Positions 20,913 to 30,716 of a DNA stretch of 64,000 bases are shown here, piece after piece. This DNA comes from an uncultured cyanobacterium (GTDB lineage: Bacteria; Cyanobacteriota; Cyanobacteriia; Cyanobacteriales; CAWCAG01). The translations under genes and the position numbers were made by a program. Below the pieces are notes generated by a model, which saw only the letters and a list, made by a program, of their open reading frames with translations, ran no database searches and had not been told where the DNA came from. Location: positions 160,001 to 224,000 of the forward strand of contig CAWCAG010000009.1 in the NCBI GenBank assembly GCA_963793425.1, in the 5' to 3' direction. The stretch's first letter is position 1. Every line of letters starts with the position of its first letter.

Positions 20913-21527
20913 GTGAAAAAATTTCTTGGCTTTGTCGGAATTACCACTACTGTAGTCTTACTTGCTTGGCAACCCCATAGTTATGCAACTATTCTAGAAG
21001 AATCAACTGATAGCAATACCGACAGCAGTCGTAGCTTAAGCCTTTTAGCCCAAGGAAGTGATGATTTTGCTGATTGGGCAGAAACTTGCGTCAATACGAC
21101 AGGAAAAGAAGCTTTAGATGCTTGTCAGCGTGCTATTGAGGTTAATCCCGATGAACCTTTGCTTTGGCTTAGCTTAGGGGCAGAAGAGGGTAAAAGCGGA
21201 CAACATCAACAGTCTCTCGATTCTCTCAATAAAGCTTTAGAACTTGAACCAAACTATTCCCTAGCTTACTACAACAAGTGTGTTGTTCTGAGTAGTTTGG
21301 GGAGGCATCAAGAAGCAGCCATAGCTTGTGCAACTGCTATTGATACTGATGCTAATTGGGGGGAGGCTACTAAAGCCCAAGCCTATAATAACTTAGGAGT
21401 TGCTTTAGTTGAGTTGAACCTCTACGAACAAGCTTTAATTGCCTATGGTAGAGCTTTGGAACTCGACTCGGACTATAACTTAGCGAGACAAAACTATAAC
21501 AGTTTGAAGAATTATTTGGATAAATAA
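20913..21527 (+). CDS. Secreted TPR protein
   Basis: Signal-peptide-like N-terminus; TPRs (AYYNKCVVL, AYNNLGVAL). Confidence 0.9.
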   Translation: MKKFLGFVGITTTVVLLAWQPHSYATILEESTDSNTDSSRSLSLLAQGSDDFADWAETCVNTTGKEALDACQRAIEVNPDEPLLWLSLGAEEGKSGQHQQSLDSLNKALELEPNYSLAYYNKCVVLSSLGRHQEAAIACATAIDTDANWGEATKAQAYNNLGVALVELNLYEQALIAYGRALELDSDYNLARQNYNSLKNYLDK

Positions 21528-21652
21528 TACTAAATCGGTGTTGAGTCTCATGACTTAGGGTAAGGAGTAGGGAGCTGGGGAGATAGGGTTTGAAAGCTTT
21601 ACTTTATTCCTTGGTTTTGTGAAGGCACTTTTATGAAGCGGGTTTAGTATTA
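21525..21652. mobile_element. MITE-like element at the TPR gene stop codon
   Basis: Perfect 10-bp terminal repeats TAATACTAAA / TTTAGTATTA; layout resembles the 20427 element. Confidence 0.65.
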
Positions 21653-21848
21653 GTGATGAATCACGAAGCAGTTTTTATAAAAACTTTTCAGGATAGATGT
21701 TTACCTCCCATTAACCAATTTAGGAAAGCTCCCAACCCCACTCCGACAAAATATTTTTTTCTGAAACCGAAATTGAATTTTATCTGATGAGATAATTATA
21801 GCACAAATTTTATTCTCCTGACTCAATTATGCAACGCCAACAATAGGA

Positions 21849-22943
21849 TTAATATTTACGGCGAAAGGTTTTTAATTGAAAGACCCATCCTAAAGATAGT
21901 ATTGTTGCCAAAACTACTAAAGCTGCGATCGCCGGGTTTTCTGCAACAATGTTCAAACCAGCAACAACGGGAATACTACCGATAATAATAGCAAGTCCGA
22001 GGGCAAATCCCGCAGCAGTAGCTGGTTGGTTAGGCATCATTCGCCCTGTTGCTGTCAGGGTGATGGGTACGGTGGATTGAAGCAAAGCTAGACTAAGGAT
22101 GAGAGTTAAGGGGTTTTCTTGCCCCCACAAAAGTAGAATTGTAGCAACAGTAAGGGAAGTTATTGTCCACCGTTGCCAACCCCAATATTCTGCCATGATA
22201 CCACCCAATATTTTAGCAACGGCTGCTGCAACAGCTATGACAATCAGAAAAGTTAGCTGGGCTTGTAGCAGAAACTGAAAACTAGTCCAAACGGTGGAAA
22301 CAAGTGCGATCCCACTCATAAGTACTAGCATTACCCAATCATACTCTGCCGATATTGGTAACTCTAGCTCATTGACATTAATGTTGGAGAGTTTCGGCAA
22401 CTTAACAACGGTAAGCAAGGCTATCATAAAGCCAAGGGAGAGGATCAGGGGCATGGTGAAAGAGTAATCTTTTAGCCCCAAAGCAACCCCCACCGCTAAT
22501 CCCACTACCCCTGGTGCAGCGAAAATGCCTGGGCCGGTGGTACGATTCGGGGTTGTAGACAAAGCTAAACTCCCTCCCCCAACATGAAAAGCAGCAGAAC
22601 CAATTCCTGCTAAAATTACAGCAGGTTGTGAGTGCCAATCTGCTACAATCAAACTCCCTAACAGTAAGAATAATCCTAAGATAATTGCTTGGCGAGGGCA
22701 GTTAAATTTATCAGTAAACATTCCTGCCACAGGCTGATAACCAAAACCCAAAATGTTATAGATAATAATCAGCAAACTTGTCTGTTCTAAAGAGTTTGTC
22801 TGTACCAAACTCCCTAACAAAAATCCTGCGGTTGCATCAGCAATTCCGTGGCAGATGCCCATGATTGAACACAGAGAAATGCCGGAGAGTGTAACTTGTG
22901 GTTTTAATTTGGAACTATTTTTAAAAGTTGGTCTAAGATTCAT
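21849..22943 (-). CDS. Atypical MFS-like membrane protein
   Basis: About 12 hydrophobic segments; QPVAGMFTDK MFS-like loop; GSAAFHVGGG. Confidence 0.8.
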   Translation of the reverse strand: MNLRPTFKNSSKLKPQVTLSGISLCSIMGICHGIADATAGFLLGSLVQTNSLEQTSLLIIIYNILGFGYQPVAGMFTDKFNCPRQAIILGLFLLLGSLIVADWHSQPAVILAGIGSAAFHVGGGSLALSTTPNRTTGPGIFAAPGVVGLAVGVALGLKDYSFTMPLILSLGFMIALLTVVKLPKLSNINVNELELPISAEYDWVMLVLMSGIALVSTVWTSFQFLLQAQLTFLIVIAVAAAVAKILGGIMAEYWGWQRWTITSLTVATILLLWGQENPLTLILSLALLQSTVPITLTATGRMMPNQPATAAGFALGLAIIIGSIPVVAGLNIVAENPAIAALVVLATILSLGWVFQLKTFRRKY

Positions 22944-22948
22944 TTCAT

Positions 22949-23824
22949 TTATAAACCAGAATAAGTTACATTTAATACATCTGAATCAGCAGCACATTGC
23001 ACCTCCCCGTTAACGATTTGAGGTGGTTTAGGGGCAATTGTTGCTGGTTGTTTCGTCTGGCAAATTCCGTAGGTAAATTCAGGTTGAGATAACAAGATTG
23101 CTGTATTGCTTCTCAGTTTCTTGCCTGTATCTCTAGCTGTTTTATTAGGAGTGGCTTGAACTTTAACCTTAGCTTTGTCTGCGGAGAGACTATAGAGAAA
23201 GTAAAAGCCTTTTGCTTGTCTACCATTTTGTTTGCTAATGACTAAATCTAATTCTTTCAACTGTTTAAATTTATTGGTGAAGCGAGAGTTTTCTAGGTAA
23301 AATTCTTTTTGCGCTCTCAAGATGGAACCGATATTAGATTGGGCTTCCATAAATGGCACATTAAATCGAGTAGTTTGAGGGAACCAAGTTGAAATACAAA
23401 TTACATAAATGGTTAGAATTAGATAACTAAACAAGTTAGCCAGGGCCGCAGATTTTAATCTAAACCACCCTCTATTTTTGAATTTAATATAGGCTCGATG
23501 GATTCGCCATTCAATTATAATGGAGGTGATAAAAGCAAACGACAAAATCACCAAGTTTGCTGGTAAGTTTTTGAGATTAAAAGCTGAATAGATAGGTAAG
23601 GCAGCTTGTAAAACTAGTCCTAACACAGCACTGACAATATTGGCTATTATACTAACGAGTAATGCTCTTGGTAAGCTGATTTTGGTTTTTACTACTTTGT
23701 GCAAGAAAAACCAAATAGTAATCCATTCCAGTAAGATAATGCCAATAAATATAAATAGCCCTGCCACTCTTCCGTGGAAAAGAAAAGTGGGAGCAATTAC
23801 ATTAGCAATGAATAATTGAGGCAT
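22949..23824 (-). CDS. Multi-TM domain fused to a type IV pilin-like G/H domain
   Basis: Duplicated E...AN..S TM hairpins, then EAQSNIGSILRAQKEFYLENSRF and a C-terminal Cys pair. Confidence 0.75.
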   Translation of the reverse strand: MPQLFIANVIAPTFLFHGRVAGLFIFIGIILLEWITIWFFLHKVVKTKISLPRALLVSIIANIVSAVLGLVLQAALPIYSAFNLKNLPANLVILSFAFITSIIIEWRIHRAYIKFKNRGWFRLKSAALANLFSYLILTIYVICISTWFPQTTRFNVPFMEAQSNIGSILRAQKEFYLENSRFTNKFKQLKELDLVISKQNGRQAKGFYFLYSLSADKAKVKVQATPNKTARDTGKKLRSNTAILLSQPEFTYGICQTKQPATIAPKPPQIVNGEVQCAADSDVLNVTYSGL

Positions 23825-23882
23825 TTTGTTTTATTAATTTACTACCAGAGTTAGAGTAGCTTTGCCAGAATGTTTTTAGTCT

Positions 23883-24080
23883 TTAATAAGGTAATGCTAC
23901 TAGGGATGATGAACCAGACGGGCAGTTTATTTGCTTGTCTTTGAATTGAGGAGATTTAGGAGGGATTGTTGAAGCTTGCTCTGTTTTAGAAATGCCTGTC
24001 ATAAATTCAGGTTCTTCTTTATCTTCGACTACAAAGACTACGCCTGTATAACTGTTAAGATTATCAGCTTTTCTTCCCAT
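23883..24080 (-). pseudogene. Orphan C-terminal fragment of a pilin-like G/H protein
   Basis: LNSYTGVVF...PEFMTGISKTEQASTIPPKSPQ..INCPSGS aligns by eye with the C-terminus of 22949..23824. Confidence 0.6.
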
Positions 24081-24123
24081 ACCTACTTATCAAACCTATA
24101 CCACTCACCAAATCAATCAAAAT

Positions 24124-24966
24124 CTAATCTACCTTTTCTAAAGGCATTACTATACTTGGTGCTTGCTGGTTGAGGTAGATTTGTTTGACAAAGGGGGTAT
24201 ATCCCAATAATCGGTGAGAAAGTTGAGCAAACTGTTGAGGTTCCCCACTTACACAAAACTGAGTAGGGGGGGCGAGTAAAGTGCTTTTTAAACCCAAGAG
24301 TTCTAACTCTTGCTCAGCCGCTTTAACCACAAACGCCGCAGGATCTACCAACTGAACAGCAGGAGGTAGAAGTGATCGCAAAATAGGTGCTAAATGAGGA
24401 TAGTGGGTACAGCCATAGACTAGAGTATCAATTTGCTGGTCTAACAGAGGTGCTAAATACTTCCTGGTAACTTCAATTGTGTGAGGTTCATTGATACGTC
24501 CTTGTTCAATAATTGGGACAAATTCTGGGCAGCCTATTTGCCAAACTTGGGTAGTAGGATCAGCTTCTAAAATCGCATCACGGTAGGCGTTACTAGCAGC
24601 GGTGGCAGGAGTGGCAATAACACCGATACGTTTACCTTTTTGTTCAATCGCTGCTCTTGCACCAGGTAAGACAATTCCCAATATTGGGAAATCGAACTCA
24701 GAACGTACTGTATCGAGGGCGAGAGCAGAGCTAGTGTTACAAGCCATAATCACCATTTTAGCTTCTTCTGTCTTCATCCAAGTGAGAATCTCTCTAACAA
24801 ATTGTAAGATTTCTGCTTGGGAACGGATGCCGTAGGGTACCCTGGCTGTATCACCAAAATAAAGAATTAGTTCGTTCGGAAGTTGACGGTTAAGTTCTCG
24901 CAACACAGTCAAACCACCAACTCCACTGTCAAAAACACCAATGGGACTAGGTTTCAATTGGTTCAT
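24124..24966 (-). CDS. murI: Glutamate racemase
   Basis: FDSGVGGLTV, ACNTSS, GCTHYP motifs. Confidence 0.97.
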   Translation of the reverse strand: MNQLKPSPIGVFDSGVGGLTVLRELNRQLPNELILYFGDTARVPYGIRSQAEILQFVREILTWMKTEEAKMVIMACNTSSALALDTVRSEFDFPILGIVLPGARAAIEQKGKRIGVIATPATAASNAYRDAILEADPTTQVWQIGCPEFVPIIEQGRINEPHTIEVTRKYLAPLLDQQIDTLVYGCTHYPHLAPILRSLLPPAVQLVDPAAFVVKAAEQELELLGLKSTLLAPPTQFCVSGEPQQFAQLSHRLLGYTPFVKQIYLNQQAPSIVMPLEKVD

Positions 24967-25032
24967 AAAGAAGGATTTAAGTTGTAAAAAGCAAATAAGA
25001 GCTAAACTAACACGGGGTTAAGGGAAATATAC

Positions 25033-26871
25033 CTAAAGCCGATATTGTTGAATGTACTCTAGGACACCACGAGCGATCGCTTGAGCCATTTGACTACGAA
25101 AGTTGGGGTTAGAAAGGTTGGCAGCATCTACTCCCCCAGTAACGAAGCCTACTTCCACTAGTACAGAAGGCATAGCTGAATTGCGAAGAACATAAAACCT
25201 GGCAGTACGCACTCCCCTATCTGCAATATCAACATTTTGGAGTACGCTACGATGGATGGTTTGGGCTAATTGTTGACCACTACTGTAATAATAGGTTTCT
25301 AAACCGTTAATATCAGGTCGGTCTAAACTAATCGCATTAGCGTGAACACTCACAAACAAATCAGCCCCAGCCCGGTTAGCTAAATCAGTCCGTCCTTGGA
25401 GACTGATAAAGGTATCATCGGAGCGGGTCATTAAAGTACGAACACCTTGCTGTTCTAAATATTGAGCAATTTCCCTCGCGATGGGTAAAATCACATCTTT
25501 TTCCCGTAAGCCGCTAATACCGATGGCTCCCGGATCTTTACCCCCATGACCAGGATCGACAGCTACAAGGGCTGTACCTTGGGGAACTGTGGGTAGGGGA
25601 GTTTGGGGTTGAGTATTGTTAGGAGTATTGCTGGGGGGACGAATAGGGGCAGAACGAAGTTCTAAAGCTAATACTTGCTCACTAAGTTGATTAAGTTCGC
25701 CGATTTGGGTATTAGAAGTGGGTTGGATGAGAATGACGACGGTTTTTTCATCTTTATTACGTAATCTTATTCGAGCAATGGGGCTATTAGCACCTAACTG
25801 AGGAGCTTTGGGCTGTGGGGAAACTTGAGCATTGGGTATAGTGATTTCATAAACCCCAGCACTGCTATTCCAACCACTGCTAGCTTCTACAGGGCCATCA
25901 GCGAGAATTAAGAGCTGAGTATTACTGAGATTAAATTCTAGTCCTTGGACAGTGGTTAGCTTTGTCGCAGTGGGGGTTTCAGCAATTTGTGTAGGAATAT
26001 TCTGGGGAAGAATAACTTCTATTGCTGAAGTGGGAATTTCTAGGGTAGCAACGGGTTCTGATTCAGAAAGAGAAACACTTCTAGGAACAAGAACAACTCC
26101 GCCTAAATCGCTATAAGCTGCTATCCAATCAGGAGCATCTTTATCTACATTCAAGGTTAAGCGAACTTGATTATTCTCTTGAGTGAAGAGAATTTGATTG
26201 ACTCCAAAGCGACCCACATTTAAAGTTTGGTCTTTGAGGCGAGCATCAAGGGTTGCTCCTTCCATCTCAATATCTATTCTACGCTGATCACGACTGCGTT
26301 GAATGCGAGGTCTTTTGGGTCTTTCGTTGCCCCTAGCCCGGAGGAAAAAACCATTTTCTGTTTCTTGAAAATTATAGATTTGCCATCCGGCTGTGCCATT
26401 GTCGGAAGGGGGAGGATTGGGGGGTAGGTTATCAGGAGGATTAGGGTTATTAGTAGTTGGTGGTGGTGTCGTTGAGGCTTGTTCCCTTTGGGGTGTTGGT
26501 AACTCAGCCGACCATTGAGTTGGTGAAGCACCTCGAATTTTAATCTGTTCTGGGTCCATTGTGTAGCCAGGAGCCAGTTCAATAACGATACGAGTAGTTT
26601 GGTCATTGAATTGACCTACACGCCAACTACGGATTGCACCGCTCAAATTCTCGTTTTTAGTTGTTCCTCCTAAACTCGTACCGGGTAAGTCGATGATTAA
26701 ACGAGTTGGGTTGGAGATAAGCTTAGCTGTCGGCTGAACCCCCTCGTTAGTGATAAAATTTAGTTGTCTTGTCTGAGCATTAAAATTGGCACGTAGTAGT
26801 CTTCCTGCCTCAGCAGGAGTACAGTAAATTAAAATACTCAGAATAGTTAGTGCTAGCCAGCGAAGTCTCAC
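25033..26871 (-). CDS. amiC: N-acetylmuramoyl-L-alanine amidase with AMIN domains
   Basis: AMIN domains plus Amidase_3 (DPGHGG, SVHAN, VLVEVGF); adjacent to murI. Confidence 0.93.
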   Translation of the reverse strand: MRLRWLALTILSILIYCTPAEAGRLLRANFNAQTRQLNFITNEGVQPTAKLISNPTRLIIDLPGTSLGGTTKNENLSGAIRSWRVGQFNDQTTRIVIELAPGYTMDPEQIKIRGASPTQWSAELPTPQREQASTTPPPTTNNPNPPDNLPPNPPPSDNGTAGWQIYNFQETENGFFLRARGNERPKRPRIQRSRDQRRIDIEMEGATLDARLKDQTLNVGRFGVNQILFTQENNQVRLTLNVDKDAPDWIAAYSDLGGVVLVPRSVSLSESEPVATLEIPTSAIEVILPQNIPTQIAETPTATKLTTVQGLEFNLSNTQLLILADGPVEASSGWNSSAGVYEITIPNAQVSPQPKAPQLGANSPIARIRLRNKDEKTVVILIQPTSNTQIGELNQLSEQVLALELRSAPIRPPSNTPNNTQPQTPLPTVPQGTALVAVDPGHGGKDPGAIGISGLREKDVILPIAREIAQYLEQQGVRTLMTRSDDTFISLQGRTDLANRAGADLFVSVHANAISLDRPDINGLETYYYSSGQQLAQTIHRSVLQNVDIADRGVRTARFYVLRNSAMPSVLVEVGFVTGGVDAANLSNPNFRSQMAQAIARGVLEYIQQYRL

Positions 26872-27075
26872 AATTAATTTTTCCTCAATAGAAATGTATC
26901 TAGGGCAAAATAGTTTGTTAATAGTAGATGTCGATATTCTGTGAAAGATATCATATAACCAAGACTATGGGTTTGAGGGTGCAAGATCACCGGACGTAGA
27001 AAAAATACTCAAGTTTCAAAGTTTTGATGAAGAGTCAGGGAGATATCTTCCTAGCTCTTCATCGAGAATAGTTGT

Positions 27076-28470
27076 TTAAGCTTTTTCTTTACTGGTAACT
27101 TCCTTGGCTGACGGTTCCTTAAATACCAATCTTAAAAAAGGTGGTGCAATAAAAGTGGTTGAAATAACCATCATGATGATTGCTGCTTCGGTGGATTCAG
27201 ATAAAGCACCACTAGCGGAACCTACCCCAGCAAAGACTAGCCCCACTTCCCCTCTAGGAATCATACCGACACCAATGGCTAGCTTATTGAGTTTTTCTGG
27301 GCCGATGACGGTGAAACCTGTAATAACTTTGCCGAAGATGGCGACGACAATTAGGAAAGCAGCGATGATTAGTCCTTCGCGGTTACTAGGTACGGCGGGG
27401 TTGAGGACGCTTAAGTCTGTTTTTGCTCCGACACAAACAAAGAAAATGGGTACAAAAAGATCGGCGATGGGTATTACTTGTTCTTCCAATTCCCGACGTT
27501 TTTCTGTTTCTGCTAAAACCAAGCCTGCTGCAAAAGCACCTAAAATAGCTTCTAGATGAATGGCTGTGGCTATGTAAGATAGGCTGAAGGCGAAAATGAG
27601 GGATACGAGGAGTAATTGCCCACGGGTTTTCATTTCATTGACAAGTCCGACGAAAAAAGGACTGAGGAAACGACCAATGAAAATTGCTCCAATCAGGAAA
27701 GCTCCGGCACTGAGTATTAAGTAGATAATGTTACTAACTTGCACTTCTCCGGTTTTGGCTAAACTAGTAACTACGGCCAGGATAATGATGCCAAGGACAT
27801 CATCTAGGACTGCGGCCCCGATGATGATTTGTCCTTCCTTGGTGGAGAGGCGGCCGATTTCTGCTAGTACTTTAGCGGTGATACCAATACTGGTTGCGGT
27901 TAGGGCTGCCCCAGCGAAAATGGCTGGTACGATAGGAACATTAAAAAGGTAAATCAAACCTGCTGTACCAAGGGTGAAAGGAGCAACAACCCCCACAACA
28001 GCCACGATAGCTGCTTGAGTGCCAGCTTCAATTAAGTCTTTGAGATCCGATTCTAAGCCAATTTCAAACAGAAGAATGATCACCCCTAATTCTGATAAAA
28101 CAGAAATCACTTCACTCTGACTAGCAAAGACAGCAGGGGTTTCTGCTGGGGTCATGCCTGCGGTTTTTTGCAGGAAAATCATCAGGAGGGAGTCACTAGC
28201 TTCTGTGCCACCTTCTGGGAACACAAGTAATTTAAAGACGGAAATACCGACTAAAACACCGCCCACTAATTCTCCTAAGACAGGAGGTAAGTTAATGCGA
28301 TCGCAAATTTCCCCACCTAATTTACTAGCGAAGTAAATTATGACTAAACTAAGCAATACCCCCGCTAGTACAAAGGTTCCGTTTGCTTCTGGGGTTTCTG
28401 TTGCTGTAGCTAGGATGTAAGCAGGATGATGGTTGAAAAGTTCGTAAGGGTTTGAATTAATCAAGTTCAT
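27076..28470 (-). CDS. nhaS3: CPA2 Na+/H+ antiporter, NhaS3-like
   Basis: LFEIGLES, TSIGITAKVL, AAVLDDV, GMIPRGEVGL motifs. Confidence 0.85.
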   Translation of the reverse strand: MNLINSNPYELFNHHPAYILATATETPEANGTFVLAGVLLSLVIIYFASKLGGEICDRINLPPVLGELVGGVLVGISVFKLLVFPEGGTEASDSLLMIFLQKTAGMTPAETPAVFASQSEVISVLSELGVIILLFEIGLESDLKDLIEAGTQAAIVAVVGVVAPFTLGTAGLIYLFNVPIVPAIFAGAALTATSIGITAKVLAEIGRLSTKEGQIIIGAAVLDDVLGIIILAVVTSLAKTGEVQVSNIIYLILSAGAFLIGAIFIGRFLSPFFVGLVNEMKTRGQLLLVSLIFAFSLSYIATAIHLEAILGAFAAGLVLAETEKRRELEEQVIPIADLFVPIFFVCVGAKTDLSVLNPAVPSNREGLIIAAFLIVVAIFGKVITGFTVIGPEKLNKLAIGVGMIPRGEVGLVFAGVGSASGALSESTEAAIIMMVISTTFIAPPFLRLVFKEPSAKEVTSKEKA

Positions 28471-28622
28471 TTAGGCAGTTAAATAAGCCGTTTGTTGGGC
28501 AAAAGTTATCTGTTTCTTCATTACTTTACAATATCTCCCTATCTCCCCATCACCCCATCTCCCAGAGTTTCGAGCAAAAATTCCTGAAACCACTTCTAAG
28601 TAGCTGTGAAAGTAAAAGGATA

Positions 28623-29645
28623 TTGTCATGGAGTCATCAAATGAGCGATCCTTCTTTGTTAGCTGTTACTTTGTTAGCTACAGGACAGGTTTCTCCTCCT
28701 CCTCCCCTTCCCGAAAACCCTTTAAGCAACTTTTTGAGCGCTTTTGATGTCAGTGACGCTAGTGCTTCTCTTTCTCTGGTTCAGCAGCAAACTATTCCGA
28801 GTACTGAACAGAGTCAGCCGGAGTTTAGCTCATCAAGGTCGCAGATACTAATGAAACCGCAATTAAATTCTTCGCAGTCTTCGCTTTCGCTGCCCCCAGA
28901 AGTTAATCCAACTTCTGGTTCACAGTTGTATCAGCTAAGACTGGCAGCTTTGAAAGCAGGGAAACTTTATACTCGTTTGAGTGGCAATAGCTTTTATTCA
29001 ACTTGGGCGGGGGCAACCAAACAACCAACTCACCAGCAATGGAAACAACTTTTAGGGCAAGAAGCTAGGGCTTTATCTAACGGCCAAGGTTCCAATCGTT
29101 TGGGGGTTTTGGTAGGAGATTCTTTGAGTCTTTGGTTCCCTAGTCAGCTTTTACCTGGGGGAAAGTTGTGGCTTAATCAAGGTATTTCAGGAGAAAATTC
29201 AACTCAGATTCTCCAAAGAGTTTCTACTTTTGCTCAAACTAATCCTGAAACCATTTATGTGATGGCAGGGATTAATGATTTGCGCCAAGGGGCAAATAAT
29301 TGGACAATTCTCAACAATACTCGTTTGATTGTCCGTCGCATTAAGCAAAATCATCCCCAAGCTGAGGTGGTTGTGCAGTCAATTTTACCTACTCGCCTCG
29401 AAGCGATTCCTAATTCTCGCATTCTTTATCTTAATCAACAAGTTCGTGATATTGCTCAGCAAGAAGGGGCTAATCATCTTGATCTTCATCCCTATTTTAC
29501 CGATTCTCAAGGGCAGATGCGTCGAGATTTGACTACCGATGGTATTCACTTAAGTTCTCAAGGTTATCGAGTTTGGCAATCTGTTTTAAGTGATGTTGAG
29601 TATACAGTTGCCAGTCGCCGTTATAGTAATAGTTTTGTTAATTGA
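28623..29645 (+). CDS. SGNH/GDSL hydrolase
   Basis: GDSLS, NQGISG, GIND, DGIH motifs; start may be the ATG at 28641. Confidence 0.9.
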   Translation: MSWSHQMSDPSLLAVTLLATGQVSPPPPLPENPLSNFLSAFDVSDASASLSLVQQQTIPSTEQSQPEFSSSRSQILMKPQLNSSQSSLSLPPEVNPTSGSQLYQLRLAALKAGKLYTRLSGNSFYSTWAGATKQPTHQQWKQLLGQEARALSNGQGSNRLGVLVGDSLSLWFPSQLLPGGKLWLNQGISGENSTQILQRVSTFAQTNPETIYVMAGINDLRQGANNWTILNNTRLIVRRIKQNHPQAEVVVQSILPTRLEAIPNSRILYLNQQVRDIAQQEGANHLDLHPYFTDSQGQMRRDLTTDGIHLSSQGYRVWQSVLSDVEYTVASRRYSNSFVN

Positions 29646-29656
29646 TTCATTCTTGA

Positions 29657-30190
29657 TTACTTTATTAAAGGTTGTAATTCTTCTAGAGAGGTTACTTCTT
29701 GTACTAAAGAGCGGTATTGAGGAAGCAGAAACTTTTCTTGGACTGCTTGGTCGAAAAACTTGAGCAACGGGTCATAATAACCATTAATATTAAGTAAGAT
29801 AATGGGTTTTTGGTGCAAGGCTAGTTGAGCCCAAGTAAGAATTTCACAAAACTCTTCTAAGGTTCCATAACCCCCAGGTAAGATGATGAAAGCATCAGCT
29901 AATTTGGCCATTAATGCTTTACGTTCGTGCATGGAATCAACGATGTGGAGTTTGGTTAATCCTGAATAGGTGGGTTCTTGACTAGAGAGAAAGTCAGGAA
30001 TTACACCAACAACTTGACCCCCTGCGGTTAAGGCTGCTTTGGCTACAGCCCCCATTAAGCCGCTTTTACCAGCACCATAAACAATGCCAAGTCCTTTTTG
30101 GGCTATCATTTTACCTAAATTACTGGCTGTTTGCTCGTAGTTAGGATTAATACCAGTTCTAGAACCACAAAATACGCAGATATATTTCAC
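29657..30190 (-). CDS. LOG-family (TIGR00730) phosphoribohydrolase
   Basis: CVFCGS, MHERK, PGGYGTLEE motifs. Confidence 0.93.
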   Translation of the reverse strand: MKYICVFCGSRTGINPNYEQTASNLGKMIAQKGLGIVYGAGKSGLMGAVAKAALTAGGQVVGVIPDFLSSQEPTYSGLTKLHIVDSMHERKALMAKLADAFIILPGGYGTLEEFCEILTWAQLALHQKPIILLNINGYYDPLLKFFDQAVQEKFLLPQYRSLVQEVTSLEELQPLIK

Positions 30191-30309
30191 AATTAGTCTT
30201 TTTTATTAAGTCCTTTTTCACTTTAGTGGACAAAGGTAGAGTTTGAAATATTGCGATCGCAACTACAACAGCTATCCTAAATCTAGTTTTCCTCTGTTGT
30301 TCATCGTCT

Positions 30310-30716
30310 CCATTACCCTGACAACCAGGATGTTCAATTCCTCCACTGTTAAGAGTTGCTACATTCCCTTGAGCGGTGAGAATAACTTTGCCATCTTGGG
30401 TTACTTCCCAACCCTGTGCTTGTTGGTAAGAAGTATTTTCTTGCACTTCCTCTTCCTCTTTTTCTTTTGCCTCTTCAAGGGCAACCTGGCTTCCCCCTTC
30501 TTCAATAGAAGCCCATTCTACTTCACTGTTAACTGGGGTTAGTGTTGAGAGTTATGTTCCCTGTTTTACCCGTTGCCCCAGGAAGCACTTCACTATAAAC
30601 ACCACTAAGTTGATATTTGTCATAAAAGTTGATGCCGTCGTCGGAGGTGAAGATTTGAAAGGTTGTGGGTGTGTTTCCTTTGCCTTGATAATCTCCACCA
30701 ATTAATACTGTGCCAC
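30310..30716 (-). pseudogene. Collapsed filamentous-haemagglutinin (TpsA)-family exoprotein
   Basis: Abutting fragments GTVLIGGDYQGKG | SGVYSEVLPGATGKTGNITLNT | QAQGWEVTQDGKVILTAQ..HPGCQ. Confidence 0.7.
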
